From Ylistrum balloti (taxonomy: Eukaryota): a stretch of DNA of 64,000 bases. The DNA lies in the NCBI RefSeq assembly GCF_031769215.1, contig NW_026781918.1, forward strand, positions 558,001 to 622,000. Reading direction: 5' to 3'. The notes below the pieces were generated by a model that was given only the letters and a program-made list of their open reading frames with translations, made no database searches and was not told the DNA's origin. Shown one piece after another: positions 50,001 to 63,606 of the stretch. Positions within the stretch are counted from its first letter, which is position 1. The number at the start of each line of letters is the position of its first letter. The position numbers were made by a program, and so were the translations under genes.

Positions 50001-53000
50001 ATAACTAGATTCTAAATACAGATTATGCTTTTTTGTGTGTCTATGGATAGTACTTGATAAGCCATTTACTTCGTGTTTTCACTAGAATGACATTGATACT
50101 CTTTGTCTAAATGTATCATCAAAGGACATATCATTTGCACATGCTCGTCACAGGATATTTACTGATCACGCTCTGGTAGAATGAAAGAAGCACATGTATA
50201 CCGAGATTACATTTTCAATCTTTGGCAATATGCCTATTCTACAAGCGTTTTTCATTCCATTTTGAATGTGTGCTGGACTGTTTGACGACTAATTAAAGCC
50301 AGTCATGTTGTTCGTGCTATGTCGACATCGGGCCAACCCGACACTCCTTTCGGGTCATCGATGAAATACCAAAACACAATAAGGTCTTTGCCAGCGGAAA
50401 AATAACACCATAGCTAAACCAACAACGTAACGCTAATATGAGCATAACCTGTTAGTTATCACAATAACAGAATACCTGTGTTTGTATTGCTTCTAAATGT
50501 AAATAAGCTCTTACATCAGTACTGCTATCAATGGAAATCCGTTCTAGACAGAATTCGACACTTTAGCAGACGACAATCTTATCGATTTTCCGTGGCATTA
50601 ACAAACTAAGAAGCCATTGCCTCTTTCTAACGATAACACTACTGTACTTGGTATAGGGCAACATCGCCATAACGATGCGAGTCACGTGGTTTGTTATTTT
50701 CGGTTACTAATATGTGAGGAATACTTCATGCAATACAACGAAAATCCATATAATTTGGTTACCCAAAATACCTTTGGTGGAGATAGCAAATTTGAAATGG
50801 ATGGAAAGTTAAGCGTAGGGCTATCCCAGAATGTTTATTATCGTAAACAAACTAACATGTTTGAATAACAAAAAATATTCGAAATTTTAAAATTGTGAAC
50901 ATGACCACTTTCCATGTTTGTTATGATAAAAACATCACATGAACTGACATATGTTCTCGGACACTAGTTTTAGAAAACAACACATCACAGTGAACCAAGA
51001 CTATGTATCCGTATAATACATGTATGTGTGCTTTCGTCCAAATGTATGACAATATGGCGATCACAAAGCATCGCAAGTTCCGAACAGTCGACCTTTCTCG
51101 ATAACATATCAGATATCTGCCAATATACCTATGTATCTTGATGCTCTTAAATTAGAATTATTTCGGATAAAACATGTTGGCAATCAACAACAAGATTTGG
51201 ACCGGAATCAAAACAATGCCACGAGGACACAAATCGCCGTCGCATGTTCAGAGAGAGCGACAATTGCGTGTCTCATATCTACAGTCTACGGTATACGGTT
51301 GTAATATAAGCTGCTTACAGAAGACGTGTTATAGAATTCGAAACCTATAACAAATAAGTCTTGTTGATCATTTTTGCAATGTGTTTTGTTTCTGATGAAA
51401 ATTTGCCTTCTCTGTCCTTGGTGTGAAAATCACACTATATAAAACAGAGGCTGGGTAGTTTACAGCTCCCTCATTAAATATACAAAGAGCAGACCTATAC
51501 GGTGAAATTTATTGACTTTTTCTGAAAACAAACCTCCACAGAAAATAAGTGGATGTCGATTTTGGTTGATTACCAGACATTTATTCCAATCGGAAGGATT
51601 TACTGTCTACTTGGATCCACATCTGTTTTTAAATTCTTCACCGTAAAAAATCCGATAATAAGCACACATAAATGTTATCAAAAAGTACACGGACCGGCAG
51701 TTACGTCTATGTTTAGCGACTGAAGACCTCGAATACATTTCTGACATTAGGTGTTTATCTAATTTGTATAAATAGCCGGCGTTGGTTGGCAAGGAAGTGA
51801 CGGATAAGTGGCAGTGTCGAACAAACATTCTACAGCGAGATCAAAAGACTCCTCCCTTCGTTTCTGGCATGTTCTTGGCACCGTGACATTCATGGATGCA
51901 CTCTTTTACTAGACAATTTGATGCTCAGAAATCCAGCCTTTCAATAGGAAACTTATCAAAGGAAGATTCGGTTGACAGGTTAACTTGCTTAACTGAAGGT
52001 CATACCATAGACATTTTGTTATTGAACCCTACAATCTGACTTAGTAATAGGGGCGAAAGCCGGCAGAAATTTAATTGCTGGTTATAGACTTAATGGATAC
52101 AAACAGGAAAAGCGTGACGTTACGTAATTGCATTCTGTGGCGATGGATTACCGACAGACGGTACCCTAGACCACCCTGGACGTCTACAAAACACCCTGAC
52201 CATAACATGTCGTATAATGAAAATGTTCACATGTCTAAGTTTAGGATTTAAAAATCAAATTTACCTACCTAATTCACATCACTTATAGGTATGTGCATTC
52301 AAGATAGGTTCCATGACCTATATTTATGTTGTGTAACGATTAACTGAATTCCACACAGACTGTAAAATATTTGTGTATGAAGGGCTGAAGTAATAGAGAT
52401 AGGATACAACATGAGTATTGCTTGAGGGAGTAGACATTTAGTATGTTTGATCAAACTCAAATGATCTCAATGATTTCATCAGTTTTATTTTGAACGTCTT
52501 TGATTCATGCTAGCGTAAATTTTACCTGAAGACTAAAATGGAAGAAACACAGTAATGGGGTTTTGTAGCATTAGTGTATATATGAATCTTCCTTTGTTTA
52601 TTTAAAAGTCCATTGTACTTTGAATGTTATTGTACTTACTTAACTATATTAATACTTCATAGTTAAGAAATATAGCCATCATTTTGAAACATTTAAATTC
52701 CAGTATACATTGTCTGTTTAAGAATTAGCAAATACATTGTTAAAACTAGATCTAGGCCCTGTCACCCTAATAACTATCTGCTGGGAATGTTTTGTCTATG
52801 TATTAACCAAGTGCTTTATGTGATGTTGTTGTATTTATTTGTTGTAGGCAGAGTCCGTTTGTTATTTTTATACAAAATGACCTTCCGTAATATTGTGTGT
52901 TCATCAAACCGTTAACAAATATTTTTTTGGAATACTTCTAACTGTGGTCCATCTTCTTACAATTCAATAAAAATATATATAAATAGATATCATAAAAGAT

Positions 53001-53607
53001 AACGATGACAATATACTGTTACTTTTCTTAAGTATTTCAAGATGAAAAGCTGTAATTAAATGTGAAGCCATTCTCTCTGAGCTATTTATCAACGAAAGGT
53101 CATGAATGATTGTTGATCTAAGATGTTGGTTGTAATCAAGTTGCGGAATTTATTGAAATATTGCTAAAACAGTTTTTATTGGTTTTTAAAACTTCCTTTT
53201 TTCTTTACTTTCTGTAACATTACAGTGTTCTGAAACATTTTTGACATAAATACAATTGTAATTACTTTGTCCCATTCCAAGACTGGTGAGTAGTTCATGG
53301 GGGAAATTCTCCATACAGTATATTTGATTCAAGTCTTTGACTTACCTCCACCGTTCTTATAACACAGGAAAGGGAATCTCCAGACATTTCCAAGACCGAC
53401 AGAAAATCCAACACAGGCCAACAGAAAGTCAATTTTCCGGGTCCAAACCTCCCGTTGGTACAACTCCTTTTTGGGGTTGTCGCTTTCTGTGGAAGATCCG
53501 GATGTATCCGAAGAGATCGCGTCAGGGCAGCATCCATGTTCTCGATGTCCATTCGTTAAGTGTTCTTGTTCCAGTTTATAATTTTCTCGTTCATCTGGTG
53601 AGGTCAT
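28827..53607 (-). CDS. SLC6 Na+/Cl- dependent transporter, GABA/taurine/creatine branch; 13 coding exons, 2040 nt, 679 aa (whole-gene span)
   Basis: All 13 exons have GT-AG boundaries and compatible phases, and their lengths sum to 2040 nt. Hallmarks: [90 protein letters not shown]. Orthology (SLC6A6/A8/A11-like) cannot be fixed by eye. Confidence 0.95.
29262..29441 (-). CDS. SLC6 coding exon 12 (TM12)
   Basis: [60 protein letters not shown]; tgacAG / CAG|GTAGGA. Confidence 0.92.
30053..30153 (-). CDS. SLC6 coding exon 11 (TM11)
   Basis: [33 protein letters not shown]; taacAG / ATG|GTAAGT. Confidence 0.92.
32011..32110 (-). CDS. SLC6 coding exon 10 (TM10)
   Basis: [33 protein letters not shown]; ccacAG / G|GTATGT. 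Confidence 0.93.
32477..32614 (-). CDS. SLC6 coding exon 9 (TM8-TM9)
   Basis: [46 protein letters not shown]; ttacAG / GAG|GTAAGA. Confidence 0.93.
32945..33057 (-). CDS. SLC6 coding exon 8 (EL4, TM8)
   Basis: [37 protein letters not shown]; tttAG / CAG|GTATGT. Confidence 0.93.
33551..33675 (-). CDS. SLC6 coding exon 7 (TM7)
   Basis: [41 protein letters not shown]; ttgcAG / G|GTGAGC. Confidence 0.93.
33782..33885 (-). CDS. SLC6 coding exon 6 (TM6)
   Basis: [34 protein letters not shown]; ctacAG / AG|GTAAAA. Confidence 0.93.
34657..34910. repeat. 52-bp AT-rich minisatellite in SLC6 intron 5 (degenerate flanks ~34590-35210)
   Basis: TACAGAT-type motif at 34694, 34746, 34798, 34850 and 34902. 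Confidence 0.9.
35230..35830 (-). mobile_element. Highly degraded LINE (CR1/L2-like) ORF2 3' remnant
   Basis: Broken frames give ETNQLRL (cf. W..N.L.LN..KT), KLLG*NMADN (cf. KLLGV.I..NL.W) and [12 protein letters not shown] (cf. RT.RYKNSF.PR) in the expected order; many stops. Confidence 0.35.
37900..38830. repeat. ~6 degenerate ~130-155-bp units, HINE/Helentron-type internal tandem array
   Basis: TTAAA(T/C)(G/A)G...ACTAGGGAC...TTTGAGAAATA...AAGATGG.CG.CTGT motif recurs near 38021, 38178, 38309, 38453, 38608 and 38760. Confidence 0.6.
39493..39627 (-). CDS. SLC6 coding exon 5 (TM5)
   Basis: [45 protein letters not shown]; gtgcAG / CAG|GTATGC. Confidence 0.93.
40107..40239 (-). CDS. SLC6 coding exon 4 (TM4)
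   Basis: [44 protein letters not shown]; ctacAG / AAG|GTGATA. Confidence 0.93.
43810..44134 (-). CDS. SLC6 coding exon 3 (TM3, EL2)
   Basis: [31 protein letters not shown]...DPVTEFWE; atgcAG / GA|GTAAGT. Confidence 0.93.
44366..44497 (-). CDS. SLC6 coding exon 2 (TM2)
   Basis: [43 protein letters not shown]; ttgcAG / G|GTTAG. Confidence 0.93.
53346..53607 (-). CDS. SLC6 coding exon 1 (N-terminus, TM1)
   Basis: MTSPDE...[16 protein letters not shown]; donor G|GTAAGT. An upstream acceptor at 53625-53624 implies a further 5'UTR exon. Confidence 0.95.
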
Positions 53608-56174
53608 TTTGAAGATTCAATGTCTACAAATACAAATAAATTATATTCATTTTGAACTTCAAATAAATTGAATATATTTCAGTAAAATAAGACACACACT
53701 AGCTTAAGAGGCTGTGAATAATCCCTCTGACGTAGCGAACATAGGAATTGTGTCTATATATAACAGATATTCTGTGTCTCACGAACATGTTTCTGTTATT
53801 TCAGTGTCAATGGTGTAGCGATAAATTAATCGTTCATATTGTTCTTTTGCTTAGGATTTAAATATAGAACAATTGATACAACCTGCGTATCCTAGCAACA
53901 CGCCAACATGGCCGGCATTCATACTAACATGGTCATGAATATGGAGTTACTGCATTTCAGTTAGCTTATCGCCATTATTTTAAAACTAAAATAAAATCGG
54001 CAAACATCAAACTAAATATCATATATTTAAAAAAACTATAGTTGATCGGTTCTAAAAGCCAACAAAAATATCAGTCATCAATGATCAACCTGGCGGGTTC
54101 TTTTTCCATTGGTCTAAGTTGACCATGCAACGACATATTGTAAGAACCATTTGCACTGCTTGTACCTACAGCACTCCACTGGTGTGCACATGTTTTAAAA
54201 TTTTTAACCATAATTTTCTTTTTGAAATTTTCCACCAGGTATCACACGATAGTGGTTCAGTGACATTGTATAATGGTGGGAGATGTAATTATATCACATA
54301 CTTCAGTGGAAATCGATACCAGCATGCATTTAAATATGTAAACATTGTCAAGCAAATGGTATTCAAAGCATGTAAAAATACAGGTATTCAGGAATATCAA
54401 CAAACACTAAAGACAGTGATTTTTTAATATTTAAATTTAATTACGGTGTGGAAATACATTATTATTTACATAACTATATGCTTTCTTCACATATTGCGTT
54501 TACAGGTGCAAAGATTAGCGGGGGAGATGAAGGGTGCAGTGGCATAAGTGTAGTGTTACTTTAGTGTGTAATAATGAGTGTAGACAAGTTCCAAACTACA
54601 AACTGTCCTGTAGCTGGAGCAGTGGAGAAACTGCCGGCGCAGATGAATGACACGAAACACGTTCATCCACGACGCTGAGTACATAAGTACGTATATTCCA
54701 GGATCATGATGCCTTATGTTTCACTTATGTTTACATTGTGTATATACGCGTGGTTGTTTGTGCAAAACATCGGGTATAAATAAACATAAACAGAATAATC
54801 TGTACATGTCACAAGCAAACACGTGATTATACACGAGTACTTTCCAGAAAGGTGACTAAATAATACCAATTTCATAGGTCGAGTTCGACTTAACGATGTT
54901 GGTCTTTTGATAATCCTATACACAGATATAAAATAAATTTATACCTTGTAGAGACTGAGAGATTAAGGTGTGATATATCGGATTTGCCTCCTTAACCAAT
55001 CCTTTCAGCATGTCCACACACATAATGTTCTGAACAGCGATGCTCGGCTAAACTAGTCACCGTTGGAATTCAAGGATTGGTAAATTGGATCTCGAAAAAA
55101 AAAGTTCGATATCAGATGTGATGTTTCGTGGTTTCAATAATCCGGAGAAGCTACGGAATTAGACAAAACTTATCTTTATCATCTGGATAAAATAGTGTGT
55201 AAATCGATTTCACACAGCGACACTTGACGTTGAGTCTTAGTGCATGGGTACAAGGGCAACAGGTGCGACATTATCAACCATCTCATTCACACGTGGTAGT
55301 ACTGCCCAATCATGCCCGTCGCTCAGCAATTCGTCTTGGGGTTCTATTCAATGTCTTGGGGTTCCTTCGTCAAGGAATATTTTTTTTAAATGACTGATAA
55401 ACATTGGATCATATTCTCTATGGTGGTACATGCAATTGTAAGTAAGCAGACTGTCTCTCGTTAAGTAGGTGAAAATTAAAATCCCTGCAATCAATGTTTG
55501 AATGGACTCGGTGCAAATGATATCAAGTTACTAATAACTGTCAAGTTGAGAAGAATCCTGGTCAGACTCGAAAATGATCCTAATTCTATCTTGGTATGCC
55601 AAGGAAAAGACCTTGAAAAAGATTTTCTACTCTTGATGTTATATTCAGCACCTCATGTTCAGCAGATGTGAAATGTGCAATTGGTGCCACGGCTTTTCAC
55701 TACTCTGAGAGATTGAACATTTTTTGCATGATTGTTGGTCTGACAATGCCCTATTTTCTCTCACACTAATGTTGTTGATATTGTAGCCGTTTGTAAAGCA
55801 AGTTTAAATCTGTTCCAATGTCATTTTTTGTGGCACCGTGTCAAAAATAGCAGTATTTCAACCATCGTGAAAAACTGTCTTTTAACTGTTCTTTGTATAT
55901 CATGAATTAAATTCCTTCCTTATTGAATAAACAGATACTAATTCAACCCCTTTGGTTACCCCTTTATCTTACTGCTGCTGTCAATTTACACATGTTTCTT
56001 ACACAAATCTAAGATTGTTTTAATTACACGCTCCATCATTGTAGAAAGTTAATGCTCTCTTTGATGAGTTTGTGACCGATGCTGATTATTTGCTGCTTCA
56101 AGACGGAAGAACATAAAATTTTTAACGAGAGAATTTCAATATTTGGTGGCAGGAAAAAGCTGAATATCGAAATT

Positions 56175-56176
<2 letters not shown>

Positions 56177-56209
<33 letters not shown>

Positions 56210-56231
56210 ATATATATATATATATATATAT
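56177..56231. repeat. C33 homopolymer fused to (AT)11
   Basis: Read directly from the sequence. Confidence 0.95.
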
Positions 56232-57821
56232 GTAAGAGAGATAAAAAATTAAAAGCAAGAAAAACACAATGCAATGTATGTAATGTATATCTTGTGATTC
56301 AAACCCTTAGCCAGTACTTACGGTATTTAATTTGATCCTTCTATTTCCGGTTGCCGAAACTGACACGCCGTGAGGAAACAATACTGATATCGTGTGTATA
56401 AACACAGGATGATAAACATACACTCGTGGTATTTATCGTATCAGGGGGATAGTTTACAACAAATGTCAAACAGGGAACCAACCAGTAAACATAATATTGC
56501 ACGGTACCTGACATAGATGGCTTGCCGTGGTATAGGTTACTCCATATTTAAGGGACAACTGTGACGCCATATATATGTGTCGGTATTCTGGTACCACATA
56601 GGTTTGTGAGAAAACATCATTTAGGTCTGGTCTCAATAATTTGGATCAATCTAAGAATATCTTAAAAAACTCCAATGATAAAAATACATAAATACTTGTA
56701 ATAACGCCTTATTTGACGGTCGCTTGATTTTCAGGTTGGGATGAAAATTGGGGTATAACAATGCTGTCAAGGAAAAATATCAAAAGTTTACAAATAAATC
56801 GAGTCATACAATTACAAAAAGGTAAGGGAAATTCCCGAATTAGTTGTTAGGATGAATGGAAAATGTGAAGGGGAGACAATCATTTGACACCTGGTGATAG
56901 AATGATTCAAGCTTCAGGTTATTACCGGATATGTATTCGTCACGTTACCAAAATCTGTAAACTAACGCCGATGAAACCTTGTAGAGATTCCTAGCTGTTT
57001 ATCCATGGTGTTAACTTTCTCGAGTTATTAGTATCAGCCAATCTCAAGCTAGATCGAAAGGCAGATGCAAATGAGAGACTTCACGAAAAAAGAATCGTGT
57101 ATCCTGCTGATAAATTTTTGAGGATGGCAAATATGAACCTATAAAAAGGTCTGTGCTGGCAAGCAAACCCGATAAAAGAGAGAAAAAAAACATCTCTATG
57201 TATGTACTGCAGATGTAAAAGGAACATCACCACAAAGTGATTGATCACCGCTGTAACCCTATCATATTGATTATTGGGTCGAAACACACAGTGAAGGATG
57301 ACATCGGCTTAAGACATGGGAAAGCCTACCGAATGGAAACGAGAGGAATTCTCGGAACGCCAGCTCGGAAGAATTAACACTTCCAAAAAATGGGGAAAAA
57401 AAAGAAAATAATGTAGACCTTTGCTTTAGATCAATATCATTCATTGCTACTTAATACACAGACAAATATATTCTGTATTATAATGTGTGAAATGCTTTTC
57501 CTGTTTGGGCTAAGTCTTGGTTTTGTTACACAAATCTGACACAGCTACCATGACTTTTGATCATATCACTTCTACACCAATATCTGAAGACTTCCTTATG
57601 TTAAACATGCTATGTCCGTGTGATATATCTAAAGGTGTTTGAAATCTGATCTGGAAGAGAAGCCATTGGCGATTTTTTAAAATTTTATTTTCTTTCAAGT
57701 CTCTCTAGACCAAGTAGTTAATTGCCTGTTTAAATATTTTCAGACAGAGACGCTATATTTATTTCTGTCCTATTTCGTCCCCTATCTCTCATGTGTTTTA
57801 AAATCAAAAGTTTAAACTTAC

Positions 57822-58190
57822 ATCCTCGGATTTTTCCATTTTTTTTTTAAATCTCCCAGGCAATAAGATGAGAAGCGAAAGGTGTTATCGATCGCGAAGC
57901 CGAGACGATAAAAACTTGATAATGACTTTTGGTAGTTCTCGGAAACGAATTTGTACATTTAAAAACTCTACTAGTGGAATAAGCATTCTAAAAGAAAGCA
58001 AAAACTAATTTCATTAGACTATACTGGTACCGTACACTACTGTTCAGACAGCTTATAGATGTTATCTCCCAAACTCATTTCACAAGGTCGTAGTTCGTGG
58101 AGAGTTCCCTGTTAAAAAAGGTCATCAGCCAATCGCTCCGCCAACATGCCTATTTCATGTCACGTGGCCCAAAGCCAATAAGGTGAGACT
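57822..58190 (-). promoter_or_regulatory. Candidate SLC6 promoter / 5'UTR exon
   Basis: Two CCAAT boxes flank GTCACGTGG at 58128-58180; minus-strand donor GAT|GTAAGT at ~57822. Confidence 0.3.
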
Positions 58191-59107
58191 GGTTCATATG
58201 TTTCGGAGATAGAAACTGTATCCAGTGATGATGGGACCACTGTATGGTCATTTTATATTGTCGTTACAGAGGCGGTCACGTTTAGTATCACCGTAGTGAC
58301 GGTACCGGCAGACTGGCAAACTATTTTTAGGTCTGGAACAACAAAGTAACAGAATACAGGGACTAAGGATAACATATGAATATGATTGTTGTGCTATAAG
58401 TAAGTTGTTCTATCAACTGTAGACGTATCACCTCGACATGTGACGGACTTTATTTTTGTACTATCGCTTTATAGCCGGTACACTGAACACTGTATAGTTA
58501 CAGAACACGCTCAAGTGGATTAGCATTGCAAATAAAAACGGACTGTTGTGCAGGAAGATTTTAGTGTTATTGCAAGTATTTCCCTGGTGTCCCCACGCTA
58601 ATAATAATAATTGAGATATCACCAATTAATATTAACGTATGTCGGCATCATTCGTGTACACGAGATGGATTTTCTACATAAATAACTGAACCCTTCCATA
58701 AAACAACCCCATTTCAAAACAGCCCAAGCGCAACACTTTTAAAACTATTCAAATTGTAAATGCTACTTTAATATATAAAATGCATCACTTAGCAAATCGT
58801 CATCAAAGAATTCAGACATCCCAGGATCATTCAAAAGTATAAATAAATATATATATATGTACCTAAGGAAAAGATCTTTAATGATACCCGCTGACAGGTA
58901 CCCTATTACTTAAACGATATCCGTTTTCATTGACAGCGCATATTTTCAGTGGAAAGGTAGAGCATAACACTTATTTGTTTGTGTTTTGTAATTACCGAAA
59001 TAAACACACTTTATTGTACAAAAAACTCGAAAGACATGGAGAAGGAAGTATGTATGGCCCGCTGAAAGTCTTAAAGCTGTTGTCACGAAATGATATCATA
59101 TTACATA

Positions 59108-59240
59108 AACAGGAAGTCGTGACGTCATTATTTCGTGCGTAGTAAACGCTATACGCGATGTTAACAGAGCGCGTTACGCTAACAACGCACGCGACATTTA
59201 TCAAACGGTATATGTGACGTATATAACACGTGACTGTTTG
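59108..59240. promoter_or_regulatory. CpG-dense regulatory cluster
   Basis: CAGGAAGT (ETS), perfect CRE TGACGTCA at 59120-59127, TATATAA and CACGTG within ~130 bp that is CpG-dense against a CpG-poor background. Confidence 0.35.
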
Positions 59241-62200
59241 TGCTGTACTGATCAATTAGTAATTACAAATGTCACAATGAGCGGTACTGGGGAAGACTTT
59301 AAAGTTCAACCAACCCGGTCAATCTTGTGAATCTATTAGCCTCGATAAATCAGAAACTGTATAGATATTAATCTTCAAACAATCTGTTTAGATCATTAAA
59401 AGGATTCCTTCTGTTTACATGCCCGGCAACCGTTACAAAATAAACCACAATGACGACGAAAAAGATTGATCTAAGACACTCGTTGGGTTTTAAAGATTTG
59501 TAACAGCGCAAAATAATGGAACAAAAGAGCTGAGATTAATCTCTTAGCAGGTTCAAACCGACTCGGCGAGACCATTCACGCGAGCTTAAAATTTCAATGA
59601 ATCGAAAACACACTGACTTCAATATAGAGCATTATCTATCCTGACAAAGATTATCTCATTAACCTAGATATAACGGAAACAGTCCTTTATGACAAAAATA
59701 CAGCTTGTTAGCATGATAAGGAAATCGGATATACCTTGATCGAGACGAACGTGAATGGACGCGCTGTTAAAGTATTCAATAACAGCTTAAATTATATTTT
59801 TAACTTCCTCAATAGGACAGCTGTATACACACAGGGAAGGACTTGGCACAAAGTCTAAATACCCGTCCTCCATAATTACATGAATATAGTGACAAGGGAT
59901 ATAACTCCATAAAAGGGACAACTGAACATGTTTTTTCCTTATTAAGCTGTTTGGATTTTTTTCCTATGGGTCGTAAATTTTAGTAATACATAATTACTTT
60001 TAAGAGGAATGGTTTATCTTTCAAATGGGTATTTGATTAATGAGATTGACCAAGTATTAACTAAGTTAGGACCTGACGAAATCGGAATTATATGTAGATA
60101 TTGCTTGGCAGACATATCTAGCCCCGTTGAAACATCTTCCTGTCTCTGATGCGAACATCAATAACTACTCCGATAAAATCTGCGCTTGTGACTGTATACA
60201 CATAATAAACAGAAAAAAATCAATTTTCATATTTCTTTTCTCGGGAGTTACAACCCCTGTCATTATAATACATGCATATGGACCATGGGCTGGGAATTCG
60301 TGTCAAGTCCCTGTTGTTTTACACAACAGTAATTTATTGCTCTTGAATCCTATGCCCTGAATAATTTCCTTTTTTCCACGTCGAATTCGACAGTTTAAAG
60401 ATTTATTTTAACCATAAAAAGGTGGCTAAAAACACATTAACTATAGCTTTGTATGCAGGTGAGCTCGCCGCACTGCGCACGTGGTTTTCTTTAACTAAAG
60501 GTTAATGCCCCATAGTGATAAATCGAAGATACTGTTATCACAGTAACCTCCCACTAGGTAACGGAAATAATTAAACACAATATATGTTTGAAGGCATGAA
60601 GTTAAGCCGTCAATAGAATAATGCGATTTACATAGTAAACGTTCGGGTATCGGATATCTGTGTTACTAACGGCATATTATGTGTTGGTAAAAAAAAAAAA
60701 ATATATATATATATATATCAGAGTTATCATGTCTTTGACTTGTAATGCCAGTAGCACTGAAGTGAAGCAGGGATTTAATTGACCTTTTGAGGTCACGTCA
60801 TTTACGATATCACAAATAGGAATTATTTTCTTTGACGCCTGAATTCGAGGGAATTAAGTGTACTAGAAATAAAAAAACTTGACTTTATCGATCCGCTTTG
60901 AAGGTCAGTTACTCAAGCCGTGCGTTTGTAAATAAAATAATTGATTTAATTAAGTTTAATTGTTCTCTAATAATTATATGTAAAATATTTGACTCATCAA
61001 ATCAATATGGACCTTTTATACAAACATTCGTCTCATTTCTGTTTCGGAAATCAAAATATCTTAACATATGCATCGCAAATTATTCTTGGTATTGCGCTCA
61101 TTATAAAGATTACCCCTTTCCTTGACCGTAAATATTGATCCGATAAGCAGGTCTGGGCGAAAAGCCACCTCTAAACTATATACATTTTGGAATTAATTGT
61201 AATATGAAATTGGTCTTTGGATAAATTTGAACGGCGTTTAGCTCGAACCTTATCAAGTTAAGTTGGGTGCAATTTGCAAAGGTGATTTTTTTTACCATTT
61301 ATCTGAAACTACGTTGGAAATGTCCCCACGAGTAATGAGTGGAGCGATAGTAATGGTACGTTGAAAAGCTGCATTGGATAATGTGTGGTGGCCAACATTC
61401 AGTCGCTTAGAAATAACAATCCTGCGTGTCATTCTTTGCAGGTAAATAATTTAAACTTAAGATACTTTTGTCCAAAAGATGTTATCATTGTTTAGACCCG
61501 AGCTTCTACAGAGTGAAAAAAAGCTAGTTACCACGAAAAAAAAATTCTGAAACGAAATGCAACAAAATGACTTTTCCCTACGATTTGAAAATTCTCATTT
61601 ATACACCAAGTTGAACACTAATAAGAGCGAACTTCAAATATGTCCCGAGGTACGTGATCTTTCATGAGTCAGTCCTATCAATGTTATCGTCTTAAGTTTC
61701 CATTATCTATGGAAATGAATGTTGACGTTGAGGTTTTACAAACGATGACGTAGAAACATTGAATTAGTGGTTTTGTAGATGAGCAGTACATCACAGCTGT
61801 AACATTATATATATAAATGAACAATGATGCATGCATCTTGACAAAATGACAATTAAGCAGGGGCTGTTCTTGGTCTGGCAAACGAAGTGGTGGTGAATAA
61901 AAATGGACAGAAATTCCAGAAAGCATATTGTTATCCTTTCCATCAAGTTGGCAAGAAGCCAGTTATAGATCGTGAGAAATATTGTACTTCAGGGAGTGAC
62001 CTTTTATTAGACAACAGTAAACATGGCGTTGATGACCACCAATTGACTGACGTGACACGATCACTAATGATCTCAAAATGAGAAAGATCATTACAAATTG
62101 ACATTGTTTTAAGTTAACATTGGAAAACACTGCGTTGAGAGTGCTTTACGTTTGTCGTTCCCTATACAAAAGATTCCAAAAGAACGAAGACATAAACATA

Positions 62201-63606
62201 TATATATATATATATATGACTTCACCAGGATTGACACAGAACCTTCCACCAAACTTCCTACACAGAAAAACGAAATAGCACCGACTCCATCTTTCCGAGA
62301 TATCCCATCAAATACTGTCAGACTCAACTCGTTGTAACTCTAAACTATGTATTTAGTGCCAGACATGCTTATTTATTTCTCTGAAAGCAGATCTGAATCC
62401 AGACAACGTCAATCACAACGACATCTGCTTATCGGCAACCGATTTAACCAAGGATGGAAATTTTGCTTCCTTATTATGGAGTGTTCCCGGAACCTTAAAA
62501 TTACTGTTTTTACTACGTATAAAGACCTCACGAAAGCTGCCTATTCCAGCTTCTAATATATACACTCACAGACTTGCCGAGCGATGCCACTGTACCAGTG
62601 TATATAGTACTGATCTGCGTGTATTTATGATAAAAATAGTAAGAAGTTGGGCGGAAATAGTAAGAATACCGCTTATGTTTAGCCCGACTCAATAATTGAC
62701 ATTTACTCTTGAAATGACCAATGGGATTCGGCCACACCTTCGAAAGGATACAACAATGTACGTGTAATAGCATAGCCAGTTCATGTCCATGAATTCTGCG
62801 ACCAAATTTGGATCAAGATCCGATTAAATTATATTCATTAGCGACTCCTACGCTTTAAGTGTTCAAGGATTAGAATCAGTCCACACATTTAAGAAGACTG
62901 ACAAATCTAGCAGAATTCTGCTTAAAATTCATGAAAACAGTAGCGTTGTAACATGGGCACTTTATATAATTATATCGTATGTGTATTTGATAATTAATTT
63001 ATACTGCACGAGTAACTGGCTAAACAGTATCTATCACTTATCAATGACCTTGTAATAAGGTCAAATATTACCAACAGCATGAACTACTCTAATGATGTAC
63101 TAGAAAAACATGAACTAAGAAACTTTAAACTTTTTCCCATGTCTACACAGACAAAGAAATGCCTACGAGTAAAATAAATGTATCATCCAATTTTCTGAAA
63201 TATTCTATATTGCAATAAATTATTTTAGATACAATGACGTCTGTGAATTTTATAGAAAAATAGCACGAGAATCATAATATGCTACAAAACATGTCAATAT
63301 GTTTAAATCGAAGGAGGGACAAGCCTTGTTAACATAAATTAACATACTGCACACAATTTTTTGACACGACATGTACATGTACGTGATAAAAATGCATGAC
63401 GTGCATTGCATGTGTTACGTAACGGTTGTGACGCATAGCTCACTAGAAGAAAAAACACTATGATTTACTCAAACCTCCGATATCCCCCTGACTCATTCAT
63501 GCTAAAATCCCCGGTATCACACAATGAACGGTATAACCAGAGGCCATTGTCGATTTCCCAACACAATGGCTTTGCGACGAAATACATTAAAATCGTTACA
63601 ACTTAC

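Noticed and set aside
51550-51950. Possible Penelope-type RT remnant (FDNIYV...LSDF) on the minus strand
   Set aside because: Only two short motif matches in different frames, with the intervening GIPMG motif missing; too weak to call.
55600-56050. Possible MULE transposase remnant (GHCQTNNH) on the minus strand
   Set aside because: A single short motif amid many stops; it cannot be supported without a profile search.
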